A stretch of 64,000 nucleotides of DNA from the NCBI GenBank assembly GCA_965205915.1, contig OZ242191.1, forward strand, positions 853,410-917,409. Direction: 5' to 3'. This document shows, one piece after another, positions 18,987 to 28,646 of the stretch (positions are counted from its first letter, which is position 1; every line of letters begins with the position of its first letter). The position numbers and the translations under genes were made by a program. The notes under the pieces were generated by a model, which was not told the DNA's origin, made no database searches, and saw only the letters and a program-made list of their open reading frames with translations. The DNA is from Dehalococcoidia bacterium. GTDB taxonomy: Bacteria > Chloroflexota > Dehalococcoidia > UBA6926.

Positions 18987-19331
18987 ATGAGTCCGGAAAT
19001 GGTGGCGATCTTTGGAGTCGGGGCAGGATTGGCTGTCCTGATATTCGGGCTGTTTGGTTGGATGCGGGCCGATATTGCAAGGATGCGTCAGGAGTTTCGA
19101 TCGGAGATGGCGCTACTCCGGCAGGACATGCGAGAAGAGATGACCCAACTCCGGCAGGACATGCGAGAAGAGATGACCCAACTCCGACACGATATGCGGG
19201 AAGACATGACCCAACTCCGACAGGAATGGCGGCAGGAACTACGCGACGCCGAACAACGTATCATCCGCGCCATTGTCAGCCATCGTCATCCTGAACCGGA
19301 CAGCGAACCCGTCTTTGGCCAACCGGTCTAG
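18987..19331 (+). CDS. small membrane-anchored coiled-coil protein with LRQDMREEMTQ tandem repeats
   Basis: N-terminal TM helix (VAIFGVGAGLAVLIFGLFGW). Then 3+ copies of a 33-nt in-frame repeat (19116-19214). Its 3' end overlaps the convergent lipA stop by 4 nt. Confidence 0.45.
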   Translation: MSPEMVAIFGVGAGLAVLIFGLFGWMRADIARMRQEFRSEMALLRQDMREEMTQLRQDMREEMTQLRHDMREDMTQLRQEWRQELRDAEQRIIRAIVSHRHPEPDSEPVFGQPV

Positions 19332-20236
19332 CGCCCCGCCTGCTCCTCCGCGTGGTAGGAGCTACGCACAAGCGGCCCGGACTCAACGTGGCTGAATCCC
19401 CGCGCCATCCCCTCTTCACGTAGCTCAGCAAACTCCTCCGGCGTGTAGAAGCGATCAAGCGGGGCGTGAGACGGAGTCGGGCGCAGATACTGCCCGATTG
19501 TCAGGATGTCGCAGCCGACACTGACCAGGTCATCCATTGTGGACAACAACTCCTCGCGCGTCTCCCCCAAGCCCACCATGATGCCGGACTTGGTACGCAT
19601 TCCGGCCCGCTTGGCCCGCTCCAGCAGTTCCAGCGACTGCCAATAGTTGCCTCGCGGCCTCACGACGCGAAACACCGACGGCACACTCTCGATATTGTGA
19701 TTCAGGACATCCGGCGCGGCGTCGATGACGGTGCGCAGAGCCTCCCAATTCCCGCCGAAGTCGGGGATCAACACTTCGACACCCACTCCCGGCGCGGCGC
19801 GCCTCACCGCCTCTATTGTTCGGGCAAAGATGGCGGAGCCGCCGTCCGGCAGATCGTCGCGGTCGACGGACGTAATGACCGCGTACTTGATGTCCATTCG
19901 ATGGATGGCCTGAGCCACGCGCAGTGGTTCAAGCGCATCGACAACGCCGCCCGGGTCGCCGGTCTTCACGGCGCAGTAGCGACAAGCGCGGGTACAGGTG
20001 TCACCCAGAATCATGAATGTTGCCGTGCCGCGATCCCAGCAGTCGCCGATGTTGGGGCATCTTGCCTCTTCGCAGACGGTGTGGAGGGCGCTACCCTCAA
20101 CGAGGGCCTTTAGTTTGCGATAGCGCTCGCTGCCCGGCGCGGGAACCTTGAACCATTCCGGCAAGCGGCGTGGTCGTGGCGCGCGTTCCTGTATTGTCAG
20201 GGTCATTGTGCTCACCAGAATACCACCGGCGCCCAC
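19328..20236 (-). CDS. lipA: lipoyl synthase (radical SAM)
   Basis: CEEARCPNIGDCW and CTRACRYC cysteine motifs. Confidence 0.9.
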   Translation of the reverse strand: MGAGGILVSTMTLTIQERAPRPRRLPEWFKVPAPGSERYRKLKALVEGSALHTVCEEARCPNIGDCWDRGTATFMILGDTCTRACRYCAVKTGDPGGVVDALEPLRVAQAIHRMDIKYAVITSVDRDDLPDGGSAIFARTIEAVRRAAPGVGVEVLIPDFGGNWEALRTVIDAAPDVLNHNIESVPSVFRVVRPRGNYWQSLELLERAKRAGMRTKSGIMVGLGETREELLSTMDDLVSVGCDILTIGQYLRPTPSHAPLDRFYTPEEFAELREEGMARGFSHVESGPLVRSSYHAEEQAGR

Positions 20237-20252
20237 GATCTCTTATGGAATC

Positions 20253-21692
20253 CTATATCCCCGTCAGGTCTCGGCCTGCCCCGATTAGGCGTTGCACACG
20301 CTCCATTGAACGCGCCTCCGCGTAAATCCGCAGCAACGGCTCCGTGCCGGAGAAGCGGATCAGTAGCCAGGATCCGTCCTCAAGCGTGAATCTGAATCCG
20401 TCTGTCGTCCCTACGTCCGTCACGGCCACACCCGCGAGTTCCGTGGGCTGAGTGTCCGCCACGCTGCCCATCACTTCGACGCGGCGCGCGGCGGGAAACA
20501 CGAGGTCAAGACGGTCGTAGTAATGCGGTCCGACGGTTTCATACAGCCAGTCGATCAACCCCGACAGGGAGCGGCCCGTCCGCGCCATCGCGTCCAGGAT
20601 GTAGAGCGCCGAGAGAACGCCGTCGCGCTCCGGCACATGGCCGCGGAAGCCGAATCCGCCACTCTCCTCGCCGCCAATCAGCGCGTCAGTCTCCATCATG
20701 CGCGGCCCCACGTACTTGAACCCGACGGGCTCCTCATACACGGGCACGTCGTACTTCTCACCGAGGATGTCGATCATCCGCGAGCTTGTGATGGATTTGA
20801 CCAGCGCGCCGCGTTCGCCGCGAATCTCGAGTAGATAGAACGCGAGCAGCGCAAAGAACTGGAGTGGTGTCAGAAAGCGTCCACGCTCGTCCACCCCGCC
20901 GACGCGATCCGCATCGCCGTCCGTTGCCAAGCCAACGGAATAGCCGTTCCGCACGACGGTCTCACGCAATTCGCCGAGGTTGTGGGAAATCGGCTCCGGC
21001 TGTTTCATTCCGGGAAAGGCCGGGTTCCGCTCGCCGTGAATCTCCATCAGCTCGGTCTCGCCGCCGCTGAGCATATCCATCAGGTAGCCCATGCCTGCTC
21101 CGTACATCGGATCGCTGACGACGCGCAGCCCGGCGGCCTTGATTCTCTCAACGTCCACCAAAGACCCTAACTGGTCGATATAGACTGGGCGGGGATCGAT
21201 CATCGTGACGATGCCGTCCCGTCGCGCGTCCTCCAGGGGCATGGTCGCAGGTGGCCCCAACGCCTCTGCCTCATGAATCTCCCGCTCAACGGCGGCGATG
21301 ATCTCCGGCGATGCCGAGCCGCCATATTCGGGCTTGTACTTGAAACCGTTCCATTCAGGCGGATTGTGGCTCGCGGTGACGATGATTGCGCCGGCGGCCT
21401 TCCTGGCAATGACGTTGTAGCTGATCGTCGGTGTCGGCGCCCACGTCTGGCAGAGGAAGGATGGCACGCCGTCCGCCGCGAGTACTTCCGCGATGGCCGC
21501 CGCGAATCGCTCCGAGCCGAACCGCGTGTCGTACCCGACGATGACGCCCTGTCCCGCCGTTCCCTGAGCCTTGAGATAGCGGCTCACGCCCTTTGCGCAG
21601 GCGCGAACGTTGTCAAAGGTGAACTCCTCGGCGATGATCGCCCGCCAGCCGTCAGTTCCAAAGGCGATCTTGGATTGAGTCGACGTGGTCAA
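20253..21692 (-). CDS. phosphomannomutase/phosphoglucomutase-family mutase
   Basis: TASHNPPEWNGFK active-site serine loop. 479 aa alpha-D-phosphohexomutase architecture. Confidence 0.85.
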   Translation of the reverse strand: MTTSTQSKIAFGTDGWRAIIAEEFTFDNVRACAKGVSRYLKAQGTAGQGVIVGYDTRFGSERFAAAIAEVLAADGVPSFLCQTWAPTPTISYNVIARKAAGAIIVTASHNPPEWNGFKYKPEYGGSASPEIIAAVEREIHEAEALGPPATMPLEDARRDGIVTMIDPRPVYIDQLGSLVDVERIKAAGLRVVSDPMYGAGMGYLMDMLSGGETELMEIHGERNPAFPGMKQPEPISHNLGELRETVVRNGYSVGLATDGDADRVGGVDERGRFLTPLQFFALLAFYLLEIRGERGALVKSITSSRMIDILGEKYDVPVYEEPVGFKYVGPRMMETDALIGGEESGGFGFRGHVPERDGVLSALYILDAMARTGRSLSGLIDWLYETVGPHYYDRLDLVFPAARRVEVMGSVADTQPTELAGVAVTDVGTTDGFRFTLEDGSWLLIRFSGTEPLLRIYAEARSMERVQRLIGAGRDLTGI

Positions 21693-21759
21693 GTTCTTGC
21701 AGCCTCCATTTTCGACCTGGTCACACGATTGTTGTTATTTCCCGGAAGACTCGATGAGC

Positions 21760-22890
21760 CTACGAGGTTATCCCGTGTACGGGAAAGATCAGCTCCCGCA
21801 CCCGGCGCACGGACTCTTCCGCCTCTCGCCATACGCGGGCGTCATCCGCCTCAAGCAGGTCGGGAGCAGGGTCATCACGCAATTGCTTGAGGCCGTAGTT
21901 CTCCTGGTAGGACTGCGGAATATCGTCAGGGAGCTCCGCGCCTGCCATCACAGCGTAGTCCATCGCCCAGCACCGCGCGACGGCGGAGAGATCGTATCCG
22001 CCGCCCCCCATGGCAAGCCACTTGCCGGGTGAGAGGCTGCCCAATTTCGCGACGGCGGACGTATGGCCTTCGGACGTAAGTCGCAGGTGCGTCAAAGGGT
22101 CGTCGATGTGCGTGTCTATCCCCTGCTGCGTCACCAGCACGTCCGGATTGAAAGCGCGAATTAAAGGGGCGACGGCGTTCTCGATGACGTGCGCGTACGC
22201 CGCGTTGTGCGTGCCGGGCGCGAGAGGCACGTTGACGGCGTAGCCGACGCCTGGCTCTTCTCCCATCTCGGCGGTCTCACCCGTGCCGGGAAACAGCGTC
22301 TGTCCGGACTGATGAATCGAGATAGTAAGCACATGGTTGCTGCTGTAGAAGGCATTCTGTACGCCGTCCCCATGATGGGCATCGATGTCCACGTAGGCGA
22401 CGCGTTCAGCGCCCAGTGCCAGCAGGCGAAGGATGGCGATTACGGCATCGTTGAACACGCAGAAACCGGACGCGAAATCGGGGCCGGCGTGGTGATAGCC
22501 ACCACCCGCGTTGAACACCGCGTCCGCCTCTCCGTTCCACACGGCCTCCGCAGCCACGAGCGACGCGCCCGCGGCCAGCGCCGCCGCGTCGTACATGCCT
22601 TCGGAGATCGGGTTGTCGCCCCAGTCACTGAAACCGTAGCGGTGTTGGCGGTGCAGGTCCTCGCCGCGGCTGAATGCCTGCACGGACTCAACGTAGTCGC
22701 GGCCATGAAACGACATCAGCTCGAGATCCGTGGCAACACGGGGCTCGATGACGACGGCGTCCGGCCGCTCGAAGACGCCATATGCCTGCAAGAGTTCATA
22801 GACAAGCCGTAGCCGCATCGGCCGGAGCACGTGATCCTCCCGAAGGATGTTGCGCGTTAGCTCCGGGCTGTACATGAATCCGGCTGTCAT
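21760..22890 (-). CDS. acuC: AcuC/histone-deacetylase-family (Zn-dependent) deacetylase
   Basis: DIDAHHGDGVQ, HHAG and GGGGY motifs of the HDAC/AcuC fold. Likely start is the internal M (MTAGFMYSPE...) at 22890, so the longest ORF (to 22968) is probably an extension. Confidence 0.8.
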   Translation of the reverse strand: MTAGFMYSPELTRNILREDHVLRPMRLRLVYELLQAYGVFERPDAVVIEPRVATDLELMSFHGRDYVESVQAFSRGEDLHRQHRYGFSDWGDNPISEGMYDAAALAAGASLVAAEAVWNGEADAVFNAGGGYHHAGPDFASGFCVFNDAVIAILRLLALGAERVAYVDIDAHHGDGVQNAFYSSNHVLTISIHQSGQTLFPGTGETAEMGEEPGVGYAVNVPLAPGTHNAAYAHVIENAVAPLIRAFNPDVLVTQQGIDTHIDDPLTHLRLTSEGHTSAVAKLGSLSPGKWLAMGGGGYDLSAVARCWAMDYAVMAGAELPDDIPQSYQENYGLKQLRDDPAPDLLEADDARVWREAEESVRRVRELIFPVHGITS

Positions 22891-22968
22891 AAATAGTACC
22901 GCGCTCCCTTGCTTTCCCCTCTCGCTATGGTACAGGGCTGTAACGCTTGGCACACGGGCGAATGGCAA

Positions 22969-23739
22969 TCAGATGTTGAGGATCATATCCGCCTGACCGA
23001 GAAAAATATTCCAGCCGGTGTCGACGCGGAGAGCGTCTATTTCCAGGGCGATCTGTTGCTCATGCGCCGGGTTGCGATGCACAACGACGACCCGCGGTAT
23101 CCACTCTGAGGCGGCAATGATGCGCTCGATCTCGCCGCGCAGCATCGCCGGTGTCATATGGCCGTTTCGCGTGGCATCGTCCGCCCCCGCATTCGAGTAC
23201 GTGACTTCAGTAATGAGGACGTTCGGCGGGGCTGCCGCAAGGCGCTCGGAGAATCCCGGGGCGGTGTCGCCCGTGTAATACACGCTTACGCCGTTGCCTG
23301 AGACAAGGAAACCCACTGCGGGCGCGGTGTGGTTGGCGGCGTACGGCGTGACTGTGACGTCGTCCACGTGTATGGGAGCATTCAACTCCAATGGGTGAAA
23401 CTGGGCGCGTGGGGTTCCGTCCGCCGCAGTTCGCTCCTGATACGCCGAGTAGACGACGTTGTTCATCAGATGGGCTTCCAGCGTATCGAGCGTGTCCTGG
23501 AGGCCGTAGACGTGCAGCGTTCCCGCTAAAGGCGTCGCGTAGGCCAACGCGGGTAGATCGCGAATGTGGTCGTAGTGTCGGTGCGTAACGAAAACGTGGC
23601 GCAGGGCGCGGAGTTCCTCAATGGAGAGAGAGCGCGTCAGGCTGCCGGCATCGAGCGCGATACTGCCATCAATGACAACTCCGGCAAGCCGAGTGTCGGC
23701 CGATTCCGCATTGTGGGCGCCGGTGAGGCGGATTTGCAT
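22969..23739 (-). CDS. MBL-fold metallo-hydrolase
   Basis: THRHYDHI (HxHxDH) motif. 256 aa. Directly upstream of acuC. Confidence 0.7.
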   Translation of the reverse strand: MQIRLTGAHNAESADTRLAGVVIDGSIALDAGSLTRSLSIEELRALRHVFVTHRHYDHIRDLPALAYATPLAGTLHVYGLQDTLDTLEAHLMNNVVYSAYQERTAADGTPRAQFHPLELNAPIHVDDVTVTPYAANHTAPAVGFLVSGNGVSVYYTGDTAPGFSERLAAAPPNVLITEVTYSNAGADDATRNGHMTPAMLRGEIERIIAASEWIPRVVVVHRNPAHEQQIALEIDALRVDTGWNIFLGQADMILNI

Positions 23740-23784
23740 GGGATCAGAGGCGCCAGGGTTCTATCAACGATCAGCGCGAGACCG

Positions 23785-25008
23785 TTAGCCCTCAGGCGCG
23801 GAACCGGCGCTTAGATCCAGCGGAACTATAGGATCCGAAAGATTCACCTCGAACGAGAATGTTTCATTCGCAAGGAAGCCGTTGATATAGAACATGACCG
23901 GCCGGCCTTCAAAACCCTCTTCTTGCTGCGGGCCTACGTATGTGAGCGGATAGAACCCTTCCGTTTGGATTACTCCAATAGTCGTGATATAGCACTCAAG
24001 CCTTGCCTGTATCGTGCCGCCATTCGGCGCAGGCTGGCCATGCAGGGTGGCCCGGCCGGTGAAGATTCGTGGGAATACGGGGATGGGCTCAGGCAAGCCC
24101 GGTCTTACCAGGTCCGCGCAGATAGGGTTGGCGGCAAAGAACCTGGCCCCCTGCTTAAGTGCATCCACGTTTGACAGGATCGAACTGATTGATACGCCTA
24201 TCCCCGATCCGGTTTGCCCGGGACCGAGCACATGCTCGTTTCTCAACGAAACGATGCCGATAACATCCGTATTCAAGTTAAAAATCGGAGCGCCACTAAG
24301 GCCCTCGCCGAATGGGGTTTCGGTCTGAAAATAAAGTGTTCCGCCAACCTCGTGGCGGGCCAGAATTCTGCTTGAGACGCCGTTTGCGCCTTGCCCCGTG
24401 GCGCCCCCAAGATATCCGATTGCGACAATCGTCTCGTTCGGGGGAACAAAGGCGTCTCCGACCAACTCCAGGGGGGGGATCTCCGCAGGAACCTCCAGTT
24501 GGAGAACAGCCACATCTTTGAGAGCATCCCTGCCCACCAGCGTGGCACGCACTGTGCCGATTGTGGCGTGTGTGACACGGATTTCGGTGGCATCCAGCGG
24601 TATGAGATCGGAGCTTGTAAGGATGTGGCCTTCGTCATCGAACACGAAGCCGGTTCCCTGGGCGTTTCCGATGTTGATACGGACGGTGGAGCCTTCAACG
24701 ACCGGTATGACATCTCCCGGCGTGAGAATGGGTTTCGGCGTGGGAGTCGGCGTGGGCAGCGGAGTCGCCGTTGGCAGTAGCGGCCGGGGCGTCGCCGTGG
24801 GAGTCGGTGTAACGGTCGGCGTTGGGGTTGCGGTTGCCGTGGGGGTCGGGAGGGGAGTGTATGTTGGACGCGGAGTTGGCGAGGGCGCCGGAGTTGCCTC
24901 GCCATTACAGGCTGCGCCGGCGGCAAAAGCAAGAATGACCGACAACAATACGACGCCGTATAGCGCCAGCTTCAACCTGGTGTTGACTGCCCTACTCCCC
25001 CACATCAT
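23785..25008 (-). CDS. secreted trypsin-like (S1 family) serine peptidase with Pro/Thr-rich linker
   Basis: N-terminal signal/TM segment. ~55-aa PT-rich low-complexity linker. GNAQGTGFV and GLSGAPIFN blocks typical of S1C/HtrA-like proteases. No PDZ recognisable. Confidence 0.6.
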   Translation of the reverse strand: MMWGSRAVNTRLKLALYGVVLLSVILAFAAGAACNGEATPAPSPTPRPTYTPLPTPTATATPTPTVTPTPTATPRPLLPTATPLPTPTPTPKPILTPGDVIPVVEGSTVRINIGNAQGTGFVFDDEGHILTSSDLIPLDATEIRVTHATIGTVRATLVGRDALKDVAVLQLEVPAEIPPLELVGDAFVPPNETIVAIGYLGGATGQGANGVSSRILARHEVGGTLYFQTETPFGEGLSGAPIFNLNTDVIGIVSLRNEHVLGPGQTGSGIGVSISSILSNVDALKQGARFFAANPICADLVRPGLPEPIPVFPRIFTGRATLHGQPAPNGGTIQARLECYITTIGVIQTEGFYPLTYVGPQQEEGFEGRPVMFYINGFLANETFSFEVNLSDPIVPLDLSAGSAPEG

Positions 25009-25080
25009 GAATCGCTAACCACACTTCTCCCATTGATTGGCGCTCGGTGTCATCGGCGCCTGACATAGGGCGGTTATACT

Positions 25081-26025
25081 TTGGCAATGGTCGCATCAGG
25101 CAGCCGCGTCAATCCGCCTTCCTGCGCCGACTTCCATTCTACCGTACTTGTGACGGGTGGGACGGGTGTTATGGGAACCCTCGTCGCGAATCGCTTACTT
25201 GCCGAGGGGTACTCAACGCGCGTCTATTCACGGCGCGCAACGCAGGTTGACGCTGCTTCCGGCGCCGATCCCTACGACGGGGATATTCGTGATGCCGACG
25301 CGCTCGCGAATGCCCTCAACGGCGCGGATGCCGTGGTGCATCTTGTGGGAATCCTGCGAGAGGCCGGACGCGCGCAGACCTTTGGCGGCATCTTTGTTGA
25401 CGGCGCGCGCGCCGTTATTGAGGCCGCGCGTCAGGCGGGCGTTCGTCGGTTAATCCACGTGACGGGCATCGGCGCGGATCTGGAATCCCCGGATGCCTTT
25501 GAACAAACTAGGGGCCATGCCGAGCAGGAAACACGGGCATCAGGCCTGGATTGGACAATCATCCGCCCCTCGGTCATCTTTGGCGTTCGCGGCAGTATGT
25601 TCGATCGAATGGCTCAGAGCATAAAGAGCACCTGGCCATTTGCCGTTGTGCCGCGCCGGAACGGGCTTTACCAGCCTTTGTGGCGCGATGACGCCGCTGC
25701 GTGCATCGTTGCGGCCCTGCGCGACCGCAGCACGCTCGGCGGGACGTATGAACTCGGTGGACCGGATTCGTGGAGCTATCGGGACCTGACGCGGCTGGCA
25801 ATGCGTCAACTCAGGCTCAAGCGAATCATGCTGCCGCTGCCCGCCCCGTTGCTCTTGGCGGGAGCCTCCTTGCCCCGATTCGTCGGGAAAAGCCCGCTCG
25901 TCTTAGGTTCGGAACTACGGCAACTCACAAGAGACAATCGAACCGACCCGGAGGTCATGCGCTCGGTCTTTGGGGTGGCACCGACGAGTATGTCGGACAA
26001 GTTGGATGAGGTCTTTTCTCTGTGA
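25081..26025 (+). CDS. NAD(P)-binding epimerase/NmrA-like (NDUFA9-like) family protein
   Basis: VLVTGGTGVMG Rossmann motif. 314 aa. True start may be an internal GTG. Confidence 0.65.
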   Translation: MAMVASGSRVNPPSCADFHSTVLVTGGTGVMGTLVANRLLAEGYSTRVYSRRATQVDAASGADPYDGDIRDADALANALNGADAVVHLVGILREAGRAQTFGGIFVDGARAVIEAARQAGVRRLIHVTGIGADLESPDAFEQTRGHAEQETRASGLDWTIIRPSVIFGVRGSMFDRMAQSIKSTWPFAVVPRRNGLYQPLWRDDAAACIVAALRDRSTLGGTYELGGPDSWSYRDLTRLAMRQLRLKRIMLPLPAPLLLAGASLPRFVGKSPLVLGSELRQLTRDNRTDPEVMRSVFGVAPTSMSDKLDEVFSL

Positions 26026-26332
26026 CGGAACAGGCGTGGAGCGTCGGGGAATGACTTAGAATAACGATAGCAGGGCGTGGAGGCGATTGAGCGCGCATAT
26101 TCAGGCCTCCACGAGCAGCGTAGGGGGAATTGAAAGAGTGACAACGCGCTGGACAGGGCTTTCGCCCGTGACGCGCCGCGCGCCGGACGCGCCGCAGATG
26201 GACCCGAACCGCGTCGCGCCTGCCCGCACGGCCGGGCGGCGGCGGGGACGCGCAGGCGTGCGCCAACCCGATGAACTCGAGCATTTGCGCGACCGCCTAA
26301 GTCGATTCCGCCCCACTCAGGTTCGCCTGACG

Positions 26333-26881
26333 ATGCAGATGAAGATCGCCCTGAGCGGTCTCTTCTTCGGGACGTTCCTGGTCGCGGGCGGCCTGTTTGT
26401 CGCCTACCTAAATGCGGACGAAACCCGCGTCGAGCAATACGGCCTCATCGGCGCGTTCATTGTCAGCCTCACCTCGAGCGCGACGGTCGTTCTTCCCGCG
26501 CCGGGCATCCTCATCATCCTGAGCATGGCGGAGATCATTGATCCGTGGCGGCTGGGCATCGTAACCGGCATCGGGGGCGGGCTGGGCGGCGGCACCGCGT
26601 ACCTGGCCGGGGCCGTGGGCCGCGACGCGATGGGCGAATCGAGCAGGCTCAAGCAACGCATGACGGACCTATTCAACAGCAGGTGGGGCATGGTGATCCT
26701 GTTCGTGGGCAACCTGATCCCGTTCGCGCCCGGCGACGCCATCAGCGCCATCGCCGGCATCTCCCGCTTTCCAATCCTGCAATTCTTCATCTATGTCATC
26801 ATCGCCTCGATTCTCAAGATGATTGCGCTGTCATGGCTTGGTCGTATCGCGCCGGATATCGCAGGAACATTCCTGGGTTAG
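26333..26881 (+). CDS. DedA/VTT-domain (SNARE-associated) membrane protein
   Basis: YGLIGAFIVSLTSSATVVLPAPG is the typical DedA core. The in-frame upstream extension from 26087 is Arg/Pro-rich and probably non-coding. Confidence 0.5.
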   Translation: MQMKIALSGLFFGTFLVAGGLFVAYLNADETRVEQYGLIGAFIVSLTSSATVVLPAPGILIILSMAEIIDPWRLGIVTGIGGGLGGGTAYLAGAVGRDAMGESSRLKQRMTDLFNSRWGMVILFVGNLIPFAPGDAISAIAGISRFPILQFFIYVIIASILKMIALSWLGRIAPDIAGTFLG

Positions 26882-26898
26882 CGAGGAGCGACGTTTCC

Positions 26899-27360
26899 AT
26901 GCATGTTGCTGTCGGCGCCGATCACGCGGGCCTCCCCCTCAAGGACACCGTCATACGGCGAGTTGAGAGGCTGTCGCACGTTGCCGTCGATCTTGGAGCA
27001 TATGAATACGAGGCGCATGACGACTACCCTGACTTCGCGCTCCTGGTTGCGCGGGCCGTCGTGGAGGGCCGAGCAGATCGCGGGATCATCCTGTGCGGCA
27101 GCGGTGTGGGCGCGAGCATTGTTGCGAACAAGGTTTCAGGCATACGCGCGGCAGTCTGCCATGACACGTATTCGGCGCGGCAGGGCGTGGAGCACGATGA
27201 CATGAACGTCCTTGCCATCGGCGCGCGTATCATCGGTTCGTCGCTGGCCCATGACATTGTTGAAGCGTTTGTCGGCGCAGCCTTCACGGGAGAAGAGCGT
27301 CACGCAAGACGGCTCGAAAAGGTCAAGGCAATCGAAGCTTCCGGCGGCGTGTCACAATAG
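26899..27360 (+). CDS. rpiB: ribose-5-phosphate isomerase B
   Basis: MHVAVGADHAGL...ILCGSGVGASIVANK matches the RpiB/LacAB family. gaggag RBS 10 nt upstream. The long ORF from 26545 is an upstream in-frame run. Confidence 0.85.
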   Translation: MHVAVGADHAGLPLKDTVIRRVERLSHVAVDLGAYEYEAHDDYPDFALLVARAVVEGRADRGIILCGSGVGASIVANKVSGIRAAVCHDTYSARQGVEHDDMNVLAIGARIIGSSLAHDIVEAFVGAAFTGEERHARRLEKVKAIEASGGVSQ

Positions 27361-27397
27361 GCACATAACTATTGAGCGCATCCGAAAGGAAAACGAC

Positions 27398-28627
27398 TTG
27401 GCCACGCAGGATCTGAAGCAGAACGAATTCGTCACAGCAGTGTCAGCCGCCGTTGACGAGTTGAGCGACGAGCTGGTTCGCATCAGCAAGGAGGTCCACG
27501 CCCATCCGGAGCTCAACTACGAGGAGTTCTATTCCTCGGCGCTGTTGGCGGACACGATGGAGCGACACGGCTTTTCTGTTGAGAGAGGCTCCGGCGGAGT
27601 GGAGACGGCCTTTCGGGCGACGCTTGAGGGCGGCGCAGGGCCGGGCCCAACTGTGGCGTTCCTGGCCGAATACGATGCCCTGCCGGAAATCGGCCACGGC
27701 TGCGGCCACAACCTGATCGCCATCTCCAACATCGGCGCGGCTCTTGCACTCAAGGCGCTTATGCCTCGCCTCCCCGGCCGCATTGAGGTGCTTGGCACGC
27801 CGGCGGAAGAGGGCGGCGGCGGAAAGATTCGCATGATCGACGCGGGCGCGTTCGGCGATGTGGACGTCGCGCTTTCTTCTCATCCGGCTGCCAATCGCAC
27901 CGTGATTCCCAATTCGATCCCCGTCGAGGAGAGTTGGAGTCTCGCGATGGTCGGTTACAGATTCGCCTACCACGGCAAGGCGGCCCACGCCGCCGTTTCG
28001 CCCCATCACGGCATCAATGCCCTCAACTCCGTCATTCATCTCTTCACGGGTATTGACGCCCTCAGGCAGCACTTGCGTGATGACACGCGTATCCACGGCA
28101 TCATCACGGACGGCGGGCGAGCGCCCAACATCGTGCCCGATTTCGCCGCAGCAAACTTCATGCTCCGCTCTCGTGACCGCGTGTACCTGGGCGAGGTGGT
28201 GGAGCGGGTACGACAGGTCGCGGAGGGCGCGGCGACACTGACGGGCGCAACCCTGGAGATACTGGACGCCCATCCCATGTACGAGAACGTGCTCCCCAAC
28301 GAGCCGCTCGCGAGGGCTTCCCGTCAATATGCAGAGGCCGTCGGGATGACCGTCCACGATCCCCGGCCCGGATCGCGGGGCGGCGCATCAACGGATTTTG
28401 GCAACGTGAGCCAGCGTATGCCGTCCTTTGCCGTCAGTTTTGCGGTGAGCGAGACGCCGGTGGCGGGACACTCCATTGCCATGACGGAGGCGGCGCTGTC
28501 TGACCTCGCGCATGAAAGCGCGCTGGGAGTGGCAAAGTCGCTGGCGCTGACGGGCATCGATGCGCTAACCAACGCCGATTTCCTGCAGGCCGTTCGCGCG
28601 GACTTTGAGGCGAGGAACGGCAACTGA
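27398..28627 (+). CDS. M20D-family amidohydrolase (N-acyl-amino acid/hippurate hydrolase-like)
   Basis: GCGHNLIAISNIGAALALK and GTPAEEGGGGK metal-binding blocks. Start assigned to a TTG after an aaagga RBS. The longest ORF overlaps rpiB and is unlikely. Confidence 0.7.
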   Translation: MATQDLKQNEFVTAVSAAVDELSDELVRISKEVHAHPELNYEEFYSSALLADTMERHGFSVERGSGGVETAFRATLEGGAGPGPTVAFLAEYDALPEIGHGCGHNLIAISNIGAALALKALMPRLPGRIEVLGTPAEEGGGGKIRMIDAGAFGDVDVALSSHPAANRTVIPNSIPVEESWSLAMVGYRFAYHGKAAHAAVSPHHGINALNSVIHLFTGIDALRQHLRDDTRIHGIITDGGRAPNIVPDFAAANFMLRSRDRVYLGEVVERVRQVAEGAATLTGATLEILDAHPMYENVLPNEPLARASRQYAEAVGMTVHDPRPGSRGGASTDFGNVSQRMPSFAVSFAVSETPVAGHSIAMTEAALSDLAHESALGVAKSLALTGIDALTNADFLQAVRADFEARNGN

Positions 28628-28646
28628 TACCGTAGACATTGGTCAA

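Noticed and set aside
26087-26332. N-terminal 82-aa extension of the DedA ORF, and the 26545-27360 ORF overlapping it
   Set aside because: The extension is Arg/Pro/Ala-rich without TM or family features. The real genes are dedA from the MQMK start at 26333 and rpiB from 26899 with its own RBS.
27212-27397. Long N-terminal extension of the M20 amidohydrolase ORF overlapping rpiB
   Set aside because: It overlaps the rpiB coding sequence in another frame. A TTG with an aaagga RBS just after the rpiB stop gives a protein that aligns from the conserved N-terminus.
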